Positions 12,669 through 24,630 of a stretch of DNA of 64,000 nucleotides are shown in pieces. A program made the position numbers and the translations under genes. The stretch is from Camelus dromedarius (lineage: Eukaryota): assembly GCF_036321535.1 (NCBI RefSeq), contig NC_087436.1, forward strand, positions 39,372,001 to 39,436,000. The letters are read 5' to 3'. The stretch's first letter is position 1. Each line of letters begins with the position of its first letter. A model generated the notes under the pieces. The model did not search any database and was not told where the DNA came from. It was given only the letters and a program-made list of their open reading frames with translations.

Positions 12669-14499
12669 CTGTAAGAAACCAAGACAATATTGCATAAAAA
12701 TATGCAATCATCTCAAATCTATTTTCCCATTCATCCTAAATCCAAAAGAACCACCATTGAGATTTATCAAGACTTGGAGTAGATATGTTCTTTAAATGTA
12801 CTCATTTTCACTAGGAAATGCCATGGGAAATAAATCTCATCCTTAAAACTTGCTCTACTGTTGTTTTCTTATTCTGTATTAGGACAACACACACACATGC
12901 ACACATACACTACATACAACTTGATTTTATATGGAAAGAGGTAAAGGGAAACCATATTTATAGAATTATGTAGCTTTATAAGATACAGTTTAGAGCAGTC
13001 TGTTACTATTTACAGAAAAAGAAACTGAAATAAAAAGGGATTAAATTACCCCCAAGTTAGAGCAAAATTAAAACATAACAAATATTTGGGAAGGACTTGG
13101 TTTCCAGTAGAACAGTTCTAAAGAAAATAAATCAATTCACACATTTCATTATAATGATTGCTTTCAGTCTGAAATGTCAAAAAAATCGAGATTACAATTT
13201 GTAATGTGTTGAGTGTATCACATTAAAAAAATCTTCAATACTTAAACCTCTAAATTTTGAGAATACTGTATACTTATAAATATGACTATGAAAGCAACCA
13301 TTTTATATGGTATTCTTTTCCTTTTAGCTTTCTGTCAGTTAAGAAGTCCCAGAGATCATGGTTCAAGTAAATATTTATTAATTTTATTTATTAAGAAAAT
13401 CTTAACTTCTACCTGAGTAAATGATCATAACCATATCATCTATAATTTATCTAAGTAAAAAAAAAAAATACTTGACAGTAATAATGGAAATGAATTACAA
13501 AAGGTATAAACCTATTCAGTTTTATACTTCTTACTCTTTAAATCTTGATATCATCTCATCTAATATTCTCATAGGAATATGAATAATATGTAATACACAC
13601 AGGCACACACATATATTCCTATATACATGTATACACGGTATTGCTAAAGGTAACTGATGACACACATCAGTGAAGAACATTAAGCAAGTTACTATCTTGA
13701 CACTGCAGTTATAAATGCTAAATGTTGGTATTTTAAATAACTATCTCTATCCTTAATCAAAACACACTTACCACTACCGACTCTCTAATGTGAAAAAGAA
13801 TACTTGTGCAACCCAAATGCCTTTCTTATTTATATTTTATTAATTACATTAGCTAACAGCACTTTCTTTAGGATATTATCACATGAAAGTTAAAAGCTTA
13901 GGGCTCTGGGGCCAGACAAAACTTTTTTCTACGCTTGAAATTCCTTTATTTCAAAGACTCTATTACCTTGTCATATATAATTGAATCTCTTGCATCTTCT
14001 CTGACCAAACCTAACTACTAATCAAAGATATCAGATTAATTTTTTTCAATTTTCCTTTGACTAAACAGAGACTGTTTTTATATTATTAATCAGTTTTGAT
14101 GAGGATACAGTGCAATAGACAATTCTTAAACATTCCTGAAAAGAATGTAAATTTGTGCAACCTATCTGGAAAACTTCTCAGCAATAAATATCAACAGCAT
14201 TACATCTTTAACCTTAAGTTATGGAGATACTATACACTGTACTTTTCTGAATTTCAACAATATACACAGATCACACTTATCAAAGGAGAGGAAAAACTTC
14301 TGTAAAGTAAAATAAAATAGAAATAAAAATGTAGATAAAAGTGCCGAAGGTATTGAACCTGCTAAGGGAAAGCTTCAAGGAAGAAAACCGTAGGTATATC
14401 TTGAAAAGTAACATTAACAATAACAACCATTAACTCAGAAAGGAGGTGCAAGATTCAAAGCAGCTTCCTATGAGACACCAGTCTCACAGTTTCAGTCCT

Positions 14500-15610
14500 T
14501 TCCCTACCTCTCTTGTGTTCAGTGCTCCCAATCACTCTCTCCTTGAAATGCTCTATTCCCTTGGCTTCCCTTACAGTCACACTCTTTGTTCTCACTCATC
14601 TCGGACCTATTCTTTTCACAACTCTTTTATATGTGTATCTCACATGTAAGTTTCCTGAGGCTTTACTGTCAATCCACGTTGTATCTTAATTGAGACACTA
14701 GCTCAAGACAAATTCATTTATTCTCATAGGTTTAATGTGGTAATCCTCTAAAATCTGCTTTTTGAGATGACCAGATCTGTCTGTCCTTCAAGTTTCATAC
14801 TGCTGTTACAATCTATGCTTGAATGTCTCACATACACCTCAAAATCAACACATTCAGTATTACCTAATCCCTCTAACCCTGCTCTTCTTCTTAAATTGAC
14901 TCTCAGCTGATGAAAACTCACCCCACTTATCCCAAGACTCAATCCTTTGAGTCATCTTTAACTCCTACCCTCATCCACTAGACCTCACCAAAAGTATCTA
15001 CTAAACATTAGTGAATTTATAATCTCCTTCCTATTCTTACTACCATCACCCTAATTCAGGTTCCTTCATCTTCAAACGAGGCTACTGCAATAGCCTTCTA
15101 ACTGCTCTCCCCTCTCCAGACTTCATTTTTTCTAGTCTATCCTCCTCCACATACTAATCTGACCATTTCACTAAACTGGTTAAAAACCTTCAAACTCCTT
15201 AATGCCTTTGGGATAAAAGTCCGACCCACTAAGACAGCATCTCAAGAGAGTCCCAATCTGTGTTCCAACAACATCAACTTACATACAGACCTCCCCCACC
15301 CATCTCTTTGCCTCCTCCATTCCTTCTGCTCTTGCTGTTCCTTCTGCTTGGAATCCCCATCCCACCCCTTCCTTCATCTGGCCAATTCAAACTAATATAT
15401 TTACACTGTTCATGTGTCATTTCCTCTTTGTTTATGTTCCCCAGCTTCCTAGGCTTGGTCAGTTTTTTGCAAATTGTCTTATGCAGTCCTCTATTACTGA
15501 ACTAACAAAATGATAATGCAATTACTTGTTTGGGTCAATGTTTATCCCATTAAACTGTGTGCTCCTTAAGGCCTAGTATATCATGTTTTTAGACTTATTT
15601 CTAGCTATAC
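14500..15610 (+). mobile_element. L2 LINE fragment
   Basis: Pyrimidine-rich L2-like tracts (CTCCTTGAAATGCTCTATTCCCTTGGCTTCC) ending in an L2-type 3' motif near 15550. Confidence 0.6.
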
Positions 15611-15877
15611 ATCCAAGGACCCTGAGACTGGAATTGCCAGTCTACAGACTATTTATTCATTACTTGCTCAACTTTTGCCTCAAAAAGAAAAATGAGACTA
15701 AAGATGTCTTAATATTTGTTAATGTACCTTAGACTTTCAGCCATAATATATACTATAAATTTATATTTATGATTCCTAAATCATTAGAGATATTTATAAT
15801 CTTATTTTCTGATCAGGTAATCATAAATTCATTTGAAAAATAAATAACTCATTACAATGTAGAAAGGTTCATCGTAC

Positions 15878-16019
15878 ATCATCCCAAGTCCAGCATTTTT
15901 CATTAGCAGTGATGCCAGTCTCTCTGTAATATTCTTCTAAAGGGGGTTCCAGAAGAATCACATCAAATTTGGGCGTTAGTTCTCTGATGTCAAAAGCTTC
16001 TATATCTGCTTGTAAGTAC
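15878..16019 (-). CDS. METTL14: METTL14 exon 7 ([47 protein letters not shown]), 142 nt
   Basis: Contains EPPL, the degenerate counterpart of the METTL3 DPPW motif. Acceptor aaatag|G, donor GAT|GTACGA. Confidence 0.97.
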
Positions 16020-17216
16020 CTATTTGGTTAAAGCATAAAAAGTAAGAGATTTTTCTAATACTTTACAGATACTACAGAGAAATTTTTAAAATATTTCCTA
16101 ATCACTGTTTACAAAGTGAACATGAGCTAATTACTGAATACCTTTTTATGGAGGGGCATCTTTCTTCAGTACAGATGTAAACCATCTACCAATGCTCTTC
16201 CCTAGGAAATGGATCTAATCACACTACAAAGTAAAATCCTAGTCCCCCACGAACATCCAGAACATAAACTTCTCTCATCTTTACATGGAAAATCCATATT
16301 GTGATGTAAATCTCTGAGCCCTTTTCTGTTATCATCTGAAGTTTCCAAGGACTATCACATTCTTCCTCAATTATTATTAAGTTAAACAACTAACTGTGAG
16401 TTTTCAATTCCTTTTAAAAAGAGCTTCTAAAGATGGACATAATTTTTTTTTTAGTTTGTTAGTAATATTATTTATATTAATCTTTTCCAGCTACTTAGTA
16501 AAAGTTACTACTAGCCTTTACTTAAAGGTTATTTCCACATAGTATCTAAGTATTTTAAACATAAATACAAAATACTTTAAATGTAAGAATATTTTTAAAT
16601 AGGATGAATATTAGTCTGCTAATCTTTTTCCCCACAAACTCGTACTTTTTGTGGTTCTTCTAATCATTAACAGTATACATTTTAGCAAACTGTTAAACAT
16701 ACAGAATGCTCAAAGCAAGCTAAATATGAAATAAACAATGTCTCCAATTTCAAAGATCTTATACACGTTTTTTTGAGGGAAACATTCTGTTTAGCAAAGG
16801 TTAAAATGAATTTTTGTATTCCAAAATATTAAGAAAAGTATCCCTGGATGCTGAGTTATAATTAATTTTCATTTTCTTCTTTTCCTTCACTAAGCTTTCT
16901 AAACATTTTTTCAGTAAGTAACTTTTGAGAAGAAAAGTCATTTAAAAACATTTTAAGATAGTCAAGAATACAAGTAGTATGACTTTCCAAGAAAAAAATT
17001 TAGAGACACTTTAAGTAAATTAGCTAGAAAGTTGAAAAAAAAATTAAATGAGAACCCACTGTGTACTCAGCACTGGAGTTTCAAACTAATATAATTTTAC
17101 TATACAGAAGAAAGTGTGTGTTAACCTTACAAAAGTGCTGAATTTTTTTTTCAAACAAAGCTTGCAGGATAAAAAGACTGATATTTTAAGCCTGAGTTGG
17201 GAACAAACCCACTTAC

Positions 17217-17307
17217 ATAGGAGGAGTGTTAGATTTAGCTATTAACTCATCCTTCAGCCTGATGAGTTCCCTCAGTTTAGGGTATTCTTCAAATCTGTCG
17301 GCCAAAC
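17217..17307 (-). CDS. METTL14: METTL14 exon 6 ([29 protein letters not shown]), 91 nt
   Basis: Acceptor cctcctcag|GT, donor TAT|GTAAGT. Confidence 0.97.
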
Positions 17308-18584
17308 CTGAGGAGGAAAAACAGTAAATTCTAAATGTCAATATAACTGAGTATCAGTGAATTTACAGGTGGTGAGCCCTCTCAGGAAAGCAAAACCACC
17401 TCATTATCCTCACATCCTTTTAAAAAAGTTAATTTAGGGTGTTTAAAAATAATTCATATATACACTTTATACCTAATGATCCTATCCCCATATGCAGGCA
17501 AACACCCAAATCACTCAGATGTTTTAAAGCCCAGATCAAGTCAATAAACAATTTAATTTCTCATATTTATTAAATAATCTGCTTATAGCACCAAGTTTAG
17601 CCATTCTGTTCTCAGGAAGAAAAAAATTTGTATCATGCTTTTTTTCCCCTTTTCTTTTTACTAAAAAAATTTCTTTCTCCCAAAGAACCTAGTTATTGAA
17701 TCAGACTTTTACTTAGTTTCTTAGACAGTTACCCAAAGCAAAAAAATGAGGATTTCTTTTCTTTACTACTGATGATCTTAAATTAACTGATGATGCCTTA
17801 AGGACACAATCAATCCCAGAACAAATCAAGTTGAAAAGATAATGAATTCCTAATAGTAGATTACCAATCACTTCACTCACTCTGATTGCTTATCTAAAAC
17901 TGTACTACCAATTCTAAGACTAGTTACTTTCTCTAAGAATATTTCCTATATCAATACTTACAGTTTTAAAGATCTCAGATTTCACATTATTATAAACAAA
18001 ACCTCACATATATTTTCAAGCTGAGGACCTTGAAAAACATCCACAAGTTCCATAAAAGTTAAAAATAGGAGACTCACTATTCCCATATCCTAAAAAATAT
18101 TTAAATCTTTGAGCCTCAGGAGAGATTTTAGATAAAACAGCATAATGCCTGTTTAAACAACTGTAGAGGTAAGTAGGGCTTTGAATATCAAGGATTCCTA
18201 AAAGTTCTTACTTGGGTTTTTTTTTCCCTACAAGAAGCATATTCATAACAATATGAATTATGTAAATATTTTAAGTTAAAAACCAAAAGTACATATTAAT
18301 ACCTCTAATGTTAAAGAGTAAAAAATGTGAAAGATTTTGTAAATCTTCCTTAATTGGTGGCTATAGATCAAATTGCAAATAAAACAAGTTTGAAGATTTC
18401 ATTACAGTCAGGTTTCAGTCACAGTTGGGTCAGCTCTTAATCACCTACAAAACAGAAGGTATAACTTTTTCTCAATCTATAATATTTTCTTAAGTACATT
18501 TTCTTTGCCTTGGAGACAATGTCTCAAAAGCAGAAAGGCTGATAATGAAATTTGGTTATACAACTTATAGCTTTAACAAAAAAT

Positions 18585-19085
18585 AGCTTTATTGTAGTTG
18601 ACAAACAAAAAACTTATATATTAAACTTATACTTAATGTATACCATTTGATGAGTTTGAACATATGCATACATCTGTGAAAACATCACCACAATCAAGGT
18701 AAGACATTATCCATCACCTCCAAAAGTTACTTTGTGTTCCTCTGGTTTTTGTGTGTGTGTAGTAAGAACACTTAAGATTAGACCTACCCTCTTAAAGTTT
18801 TTAAAGTCTTGTTGACCATAGTCAACAGTACTGCTAACTACTGGCAATTTGCTATACAGCAGATCTCTAGAATGAATTCATTTTGCATAAATGAAAACTT
18901 TATACCAATTGAACAACTCCCCATTTTCCCTTCCCTCTAGCCCCTGATTACCACTGCTCTATTCTCTGCTTCTATGAGTTTGACTATTTTAGGTATCATA
19001 TATATTTATATACATGTACTATTTTAGGTATCTCTATGAGTGCATGCATATTTGTCATTCTGTGACTGGCCTATTTCATTTACCA
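18585..19085 (-). mobile_element. L1 3' end (L1MA/L1MB-like), sense to METTL14
   Basis: Typical reverse-strand L1 3'UTR text (ATCACCACAATCAAG…CCATCACCTCCAAAAG…CAGCAGATCTCTAGAA). Confidence 0.75.
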
Positions 19086-19169
19086 TTATCATAACCTTTT
19101 GTGCTACATCTAAATTTTGCCCATGAAAACATTAAAATCAGTTTCTACATGTTGCTTACAAGCAAAAGA

Positions 19170-20975
19170 TAAACTTGATTAACATCAAAATTAAAATTTT
19201 TGTGTTGCAAATGATAACATCAAGAAAGTGAAAAGACAACCCACAGAATGGGAGAAAAGACATGCAAATCATACATTTGATAAGGGACTTGTACTGCGAA
19301 TATGTAAAGAATTCTTACAATGTAATAATAAAAAGACAAATTATCAATGAAAAAATAAGCAAAAGGATTAGACATTTCTCCAAAGTAGGTATTTAAATGG
19401 AAAAATAAACATATGAAAAGATTCTTAACATCATTAGTCACTAGGGAAAAGCAGATCAAAACCACAGTGAAATACTACCTCATAGCCACTAGGATAGCTA
19501 TAATCAAAAAGACAGATAATAAGTGTCAAGGATGGGAAGGAACTGGAACCCTCACATACTGTTAGTAGGAATGTAAATGGTTCAGCTGTTTCAAAAAGCA
19601 GTTGGGCAGTTCCTCAACAAGAAACACAGAATTACCACATAACCCAGAAAATCCAATCCCAGGTATATACCCAAAAGAAATGAAAGTGTACAGCCACACA
19701 AAAATTTTACACGAATACTCATAGCAGCATAGTTTGCAACAGCTGAAAAGTGGAAACAACCCAAATGAATGGTTAAACAAAATGTGGCCTGTACACACAA
19801 TGGAATATTATTTGGCAATAAAAAGAAAAGTACTGATATATGCTACAACAGCAATGGTCCTTGAAAATGTAAGTGGAGAAAAAACCCAGTCACAAAATAT
19901 TGTATGATTCCAATTACATGAAATGTCTAGAACAGGCAAATTGATAGAGACAAGAGTCAATTAATGGTTATTGAAGGCTGGGGACAATTGTGGAAGAAGG
20001 AATGGGAACTGACTGCTAATGAGTTCTGGGTTTCTTTAGGGGAGATGAAAATGTTCTAAGAATGTGGAGAAAAGGGAACCTTTGTACACCGTTGGTGGGA
20101 ATATAAATCAGCACAACCACTGTGGAAAACAGTACCCAGGTTTCTCAAAAAACTAAAAATAGACCTACCATATGATCCAGCTATTCCACTCCTGGGTATA
20201 TATTCCAAGAAAATGAAAATACTAAGTGGAAAAGATACATGCACCCCAATGTTCATAGCAGCATTATTTACAACAGCCAAGATAGGGAAGCAACCTAAGT
20301 GTCCACTGACAGATGAATGGATAAAAATGATGTGATATGCACACACACACATACAAATACACACACACCCAATGAAATACTACTCAGCCATTAAAAAAAA
20401 ATAGATTTTCCCATCTGCAACAACGTGAATGGACTTGGAGGGTATTATGCTTAGTGAAGTAAGTCAGAAAAAGAAAAACAAATACTGTAAGTTACCACTT
20501 GTATGTGGAATCTAAAAAATAAAATCAAACTAGTGAATATAACAAAAAAAGAAATATAACAAAAAAGAATATAACAAAAAAGAAATAGACTCACATATGT
20601 AGAGTACAAACTAGTGGTTACCAGTGGGGAGAGGAAAGGAGGGAGATCTAAGATACGGACAAGGGATTAAGAGTTATAAACTTCTACATATAAAATAAGC
20701 TACAAGGATATATTGTACAGCACAGGAAGTATAGCCAATACTTTTTAACTATAAATGGAGTATAATCTTCAAAAATTGTGAATCACTATTTGTATACCTG
20801 AAACCTATAAAATACTGTAAATCAACCATACCTCAATTTTTTTTAAAAAAGTTCTAAAATTAGATTGTGGTAATGGCTTAACAAACCTGGGAGTATACTT
20901 TTAAAAACTGAATTATATTCTTTAAATGGGTAAATTGTATGGTACATGAATTACCTCAATCAATTTGTTTTTTTA
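19170..20975 (+). mobile_element. L1MB-like 3' fragment, interrupted by a younger L1
   Basis: ORF2 C-terminus and 3'UTR. The host text GATGAAAATGTTCTAA|AATTAGATTGTGG resumes after the insert. Confidence 0.8.
20060..20845 (+). mobile_element. Nested younger L1 3' end
   Basis: Flanked by AAAA(T/A)GTTCTAA at 20048-20059 and 20846-20857. Confidence 0.85.
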
Positions 20976-20979
20976 AAAT

Positions 20980-21755
20980 GCAGAGATAATGCCTTTGATG
21001 AGCTTTTTGGTAGACTGGGCACAGCTAAGGAAAGAATTTGAACTTGAGGATATCTCAATAGAAACTTCAAAAACTGAAAAGTAAAGAGAACAAAAATTGG
21101 AAAGAAAAATAAAGCCAGAATATCCAAGGACTATGGGACAACTACAGCTACAAAAGGTATAATGTGTAATGGGAATATCAGAAGGAGGAAAAAGAGAAAG
21201 AGGAACAGAAGAAATATTTGAACAATAATGACTGAGAATTTCCCCAAATTAATGTCAGAAATCAAGCCCCAGATTCAGGAAGCTCAGAGAGTACCAAACA
21301 GGATAAATGCTAAAACAAAAAAACAAAAAACAAAAGCAAACAAAAAAACCCAACTATACCTAGACATATTTTCAAACTACAGAAAATCAAAGATAAAGAA
21401 AAAATTCTGAAAGAAACCAGAAAAAAAAAAATACTGTACCCATTGAGGAACAAAGATAATTATACCCAACTTCCTCAGAAACAAGAAAAGAGTTAAGTAA
21501 AATATTTACAGTTTTGAAAGAAATAAAACACCAACCTAGAATTCTGTATTTTGCAAAATTATCTTTCAAAAGTAAAGGAGAAATAAAGACTTTTGCAGAC
21601 AGACAAAATTGGGGGAGTTTGTCGCCAGTAGACCCTCCTTGCAAGAAATGCTAAAAGAAATTTATAAAAAAGGAAAATAATACAGGTCAGAAAATCAGAA
21701 CTACATAAAGAATGGAAGAGTATGGTAGCAAGGAATAAGTGAAGATAAAATAAAA
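20980..21755 (+). mobile_element. L1 ORF1 fragment
   Basis: Track ORF 21228..21410 reads MTENFPKLMSEIKPQIQEAQRVPNRIN, typical of ORF1p. Confidence 0.8.
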
Positions 21756-21966
21756 ATGAGGGAGACTAACAGAACTAAAGTGAAAGAAAGAAAAGAAGGA
21801 AAAAAGTAATACCACTTGATGGAAAAATGTGTACTAGAAGTACTAAGAATGGAAAGTGGAAGCCAAGCCAGGAAAAAGTTTTGTTAGAAATAATCCAAAA
21901 AATGAATAAATTACATGCATATAATCAACAGCTAGCCATAGCATATTCCCAATAAATCTGACATAC

Positions 21967-22054
21967 CTACATCCCTGATGAAATTCTGAGGTCTGTGTCC
22001 AGTGTCTACAAAATGTTGGCAGTAATCATTATGGGGATTTAAACTCTGTGTTCC
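21967..22054 (-). CDS. METTL14: METTL14 exon 5 ([29 protein letters not shown]+G), 88 nt
   Basis: Acceptor ttttag|GGA, donor TAG|GTATGT; conserved [11 protein letters not shown] motif. Confidence 0.97.
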
Positions 22055-22422
22055 CTAAAAAAAAGTCAAAATTAAATTAATACCAATCACTCTGATGACA
22101 GATATACTAATTTTGTACTTTATTTTTTATTATGAGGGCATACAAAATATAAGCTGATTGACAGATTTTAAAAAACTGAAATCATCATTACTAAAATGAT
22201 GGTATTATTCTTCAGTATCTACAGACATTAATAAGGCATTATCTCATCCTAAATGACCAAGCATCAGAAGAGTATTTCATGAATAATTTTAAATGATCTT
22301 TATATTATAATAATGATTCTTGAATAACTGAAAAAAATCTTGAGAACAAGCAAGTGTTTAAAATCTTTTCAGGCATAGGGCTGAAATGTAAAGATTTTTA
22401 GATTTGAAAATGATTTATTTAC

Positions 22423-22503
22423 CTTAAGAAAAGTACTAGAATCTTTGTAAATCTCTTCTTCATATGGCAAATTCTCTTCCTCCTGCTGCATTTCTAATTC
22501 ATC
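22423..22503 (-). CDS. METTL14: METTL14 exon 4 ([27 protein letters not shown]), 81 nt
   Basis: Acceptor ttttccaag|GAT, donor AAG|GTAAAT. Confidence 0.97.
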
Positions 22504-23561
22504 CTTGGAAAAGAAAGATTAAGGAAACATTTTATGTATAGGAGGAATATTTTATATGTTATAATATCTTGAGTATTAAGACTCACATAATTGTTTTATT
22601 TCCCTCAGATATAATAACTTTTTCAAATTACCATTAAAGTCAAACACTGAAGCTATTGCCTTCACATCATTAGCTCTAACTAGTTATGTTTACAATAAAA
22701 TAAAATTTTCCTTTTCATTCTCATCAATAATTAGCTATAACTACTGTTTGTTGACTAAGTTATCTGAAATTATTTACCTCAGATATACTATAAATATTAG
22801 AATTTAGCCCAAATCAATTTGATTTCTACTGGATTGAACCATATAAAACTGCTATTTCTCAAAATATACTTAAAAAATGCTAAAATACCAGGAACTATAT
22901 ATGGTTTGACCTAATATAATCACAAATATTTAAGTTACATATTAGCATATATCAAAATGTAACACATAAGATAGCATTTAAGAAATTAGGTAATTATATT
23001 GTTGAAATTCCTAGAGACTTAGTGAAACTATTCATTCCCTTCTCTATTAAATATAGTTGCACGACAATTAATTTGAAAACAATGGAAGCAGGTTTTTTGT
23101 CCTTAACTTTCCTTTCCACTAAATATTGCAATTACAAGTTTAGGAGTTGTGTTTTTTCTTCGGCCTCTGTCAGAAATGGTTCTACACTTTATTTGAATTG
23201 TACTACCCCATATTGTTAATATGGAAAAATGCAACTCAAAAAAGAGTACTGTAGCCTCTTGAAATATGATTCAATTATCCAAAGTTTCTGATACATCTAC
23301 CTCCTCACTCTTATTTAAGAATGCTATTGCCTAGTGCTTACTAGGCATTATGCTAAGCGCTTTATACATAACATACTTCTTGTGTTAAAATGAGGAAACT
23401 GATATAAATGTCTTTATTTACTTGATTCCATGTATGTCGCTGACAATTATTTTAGACATTCTAAAATTCAGCTTTCATCAAATTGTTTTCCTAAATAAGC
23501 ATCTATGGATTGTAAGGATTTAGTTTTTCTTGACCATAAAACTGTCCCATTTTCTACTTGC

Positions 23562-23643
23562 CTTATATTCTTCCATTTTGTCTTCATCTGTCTCTCCTTC
23601 ATCCTGATACTTACGTTTTGCACTTGGAGTATCATAGGAAGCC
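23562..23643 (-). CDS. METTL14: METTL14 exon 3 (ASYDTPSAKRKYQDEGETDEDKMEEYK), 82 nt, GC donor
   Basis: Acceptor tttttag|G. Donor AAG|GCAAGT is the position that keeps frame with exon 4 (…EEYK|DELEM…). Confidence 0.93.
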
Positions 23644-23690
23644 CTAAAAATTAAAACTGAAGTATCACACACAAATAAATACAAGATGAA

Positions 23691-23824
23691 GGGGGAGGGT
23701 ATAGCTCAGTGATACAGCGCATGCTTAGCATGCACAAGGTCCTGGGTTCCACCTCCACTACCGTTAAAATAAGTAAGTAAATAAACCCAATCACCTCCTC
23801 CCAAAATAACAACAAAAAACGATC
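23691..23824 (+). mobile_element. tRNA-Ala-derived SINE (camelid vic-1-like)
   Basis: Head GGGTATAGCTCAGTG…CTTAGCATGCAC…GGTCCTGGGTTC, A-rich tail, imperfect 18-nt TSD (23673-23690 / 23825-23842). Confidence 0.85.
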
Positions 23825-24436
23825 AAATATATACAAGATGTATAAATGTATGCATTAATCACAGGTTATAAAAAAGAATAAAGCAAATTTTTCCTGACTA
23901 AACAGTATCTAGTCACCCAGTTTATAAATCTTAAAGTACCACAACCTGATTAATAATTCTGTACTTTATTTTTATGAGAAAGCAATCAAATGAAAAATAA
24001 GCTTTAATAAGGCATGTACGGCAAAAAGAAACTTCTACATTACATATATAATCTGTCTTGAGCAAAACTGATGTTCAAATTGATAACTACAATACCGAAA
24101 GATTCTAAATGCTTTATGAACTATCAAACAAATGGCACTTTTAGGGTAAAGTATGTTTTTTTAATAAGAGTTTTTTGAATAAAATTATTTATGGTTCATA
24201 AGCTAATTCTCAGTCTAACATTCCATTTTCTAACTATCTTATAAATGAGAACTTACTATTATTCACAAAATGAGTATTTCATAATTCATGAATTAACAAT
24301 AAAAACCAGTTTCTGAAATCTTTATGTTGATGCTTGCCGTGACAACACAATTCATACTTAGGTTACTGCTTATTAAAACAATGATCTTTTCACAATATTA
24401 ACATAGCACTAAAAAAAAAAAAGTTATTTGACTGAC

Positions 24437-24525
24437 CTGCAAGTTTCTCTTGTTTCAGCAATCTCTCTCTGTTCATCTTTGCTATTTAACACAGCACCAA
24501 TGCTGTCAGCACTTTCGGCTCCCAA
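24437..24525 (-). CDS. METTL14: METTL14 exon 2 ([29 protein letters not shown]+AG), 89 nt
   Basis: Acceptor ttctctcag|TTG, donor CAG|GTCAGT; frame continuous with exons 1 and 3. Confidence 0.97.
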
Positions 24526-24630
24526 CTGAGAGAAGGCAAAAACCAAAAATTAGATCACAATGCACTGAACAGTCTTTTCAGCCATTTGTAGCAGCATTTA
24601 ATCTATCAAGTATTAAAAAAAACAAAAAAC

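Noticed and set aside
21967..21974. Tandem donor GAT|GTAG|GTATGT at exon 5
   Set aside because: The upstream GT has a poor exonic context and such 4-nt-shifted motifs are common; nothing in the sequence indicates use.
23691..23770. Functional tRNA-Ala genes (here, at 43314 and at 47315)
   Set aside because: Stems are mutated, and a shared non-tRNA body, A tails and target duplications mark them as SINEs.
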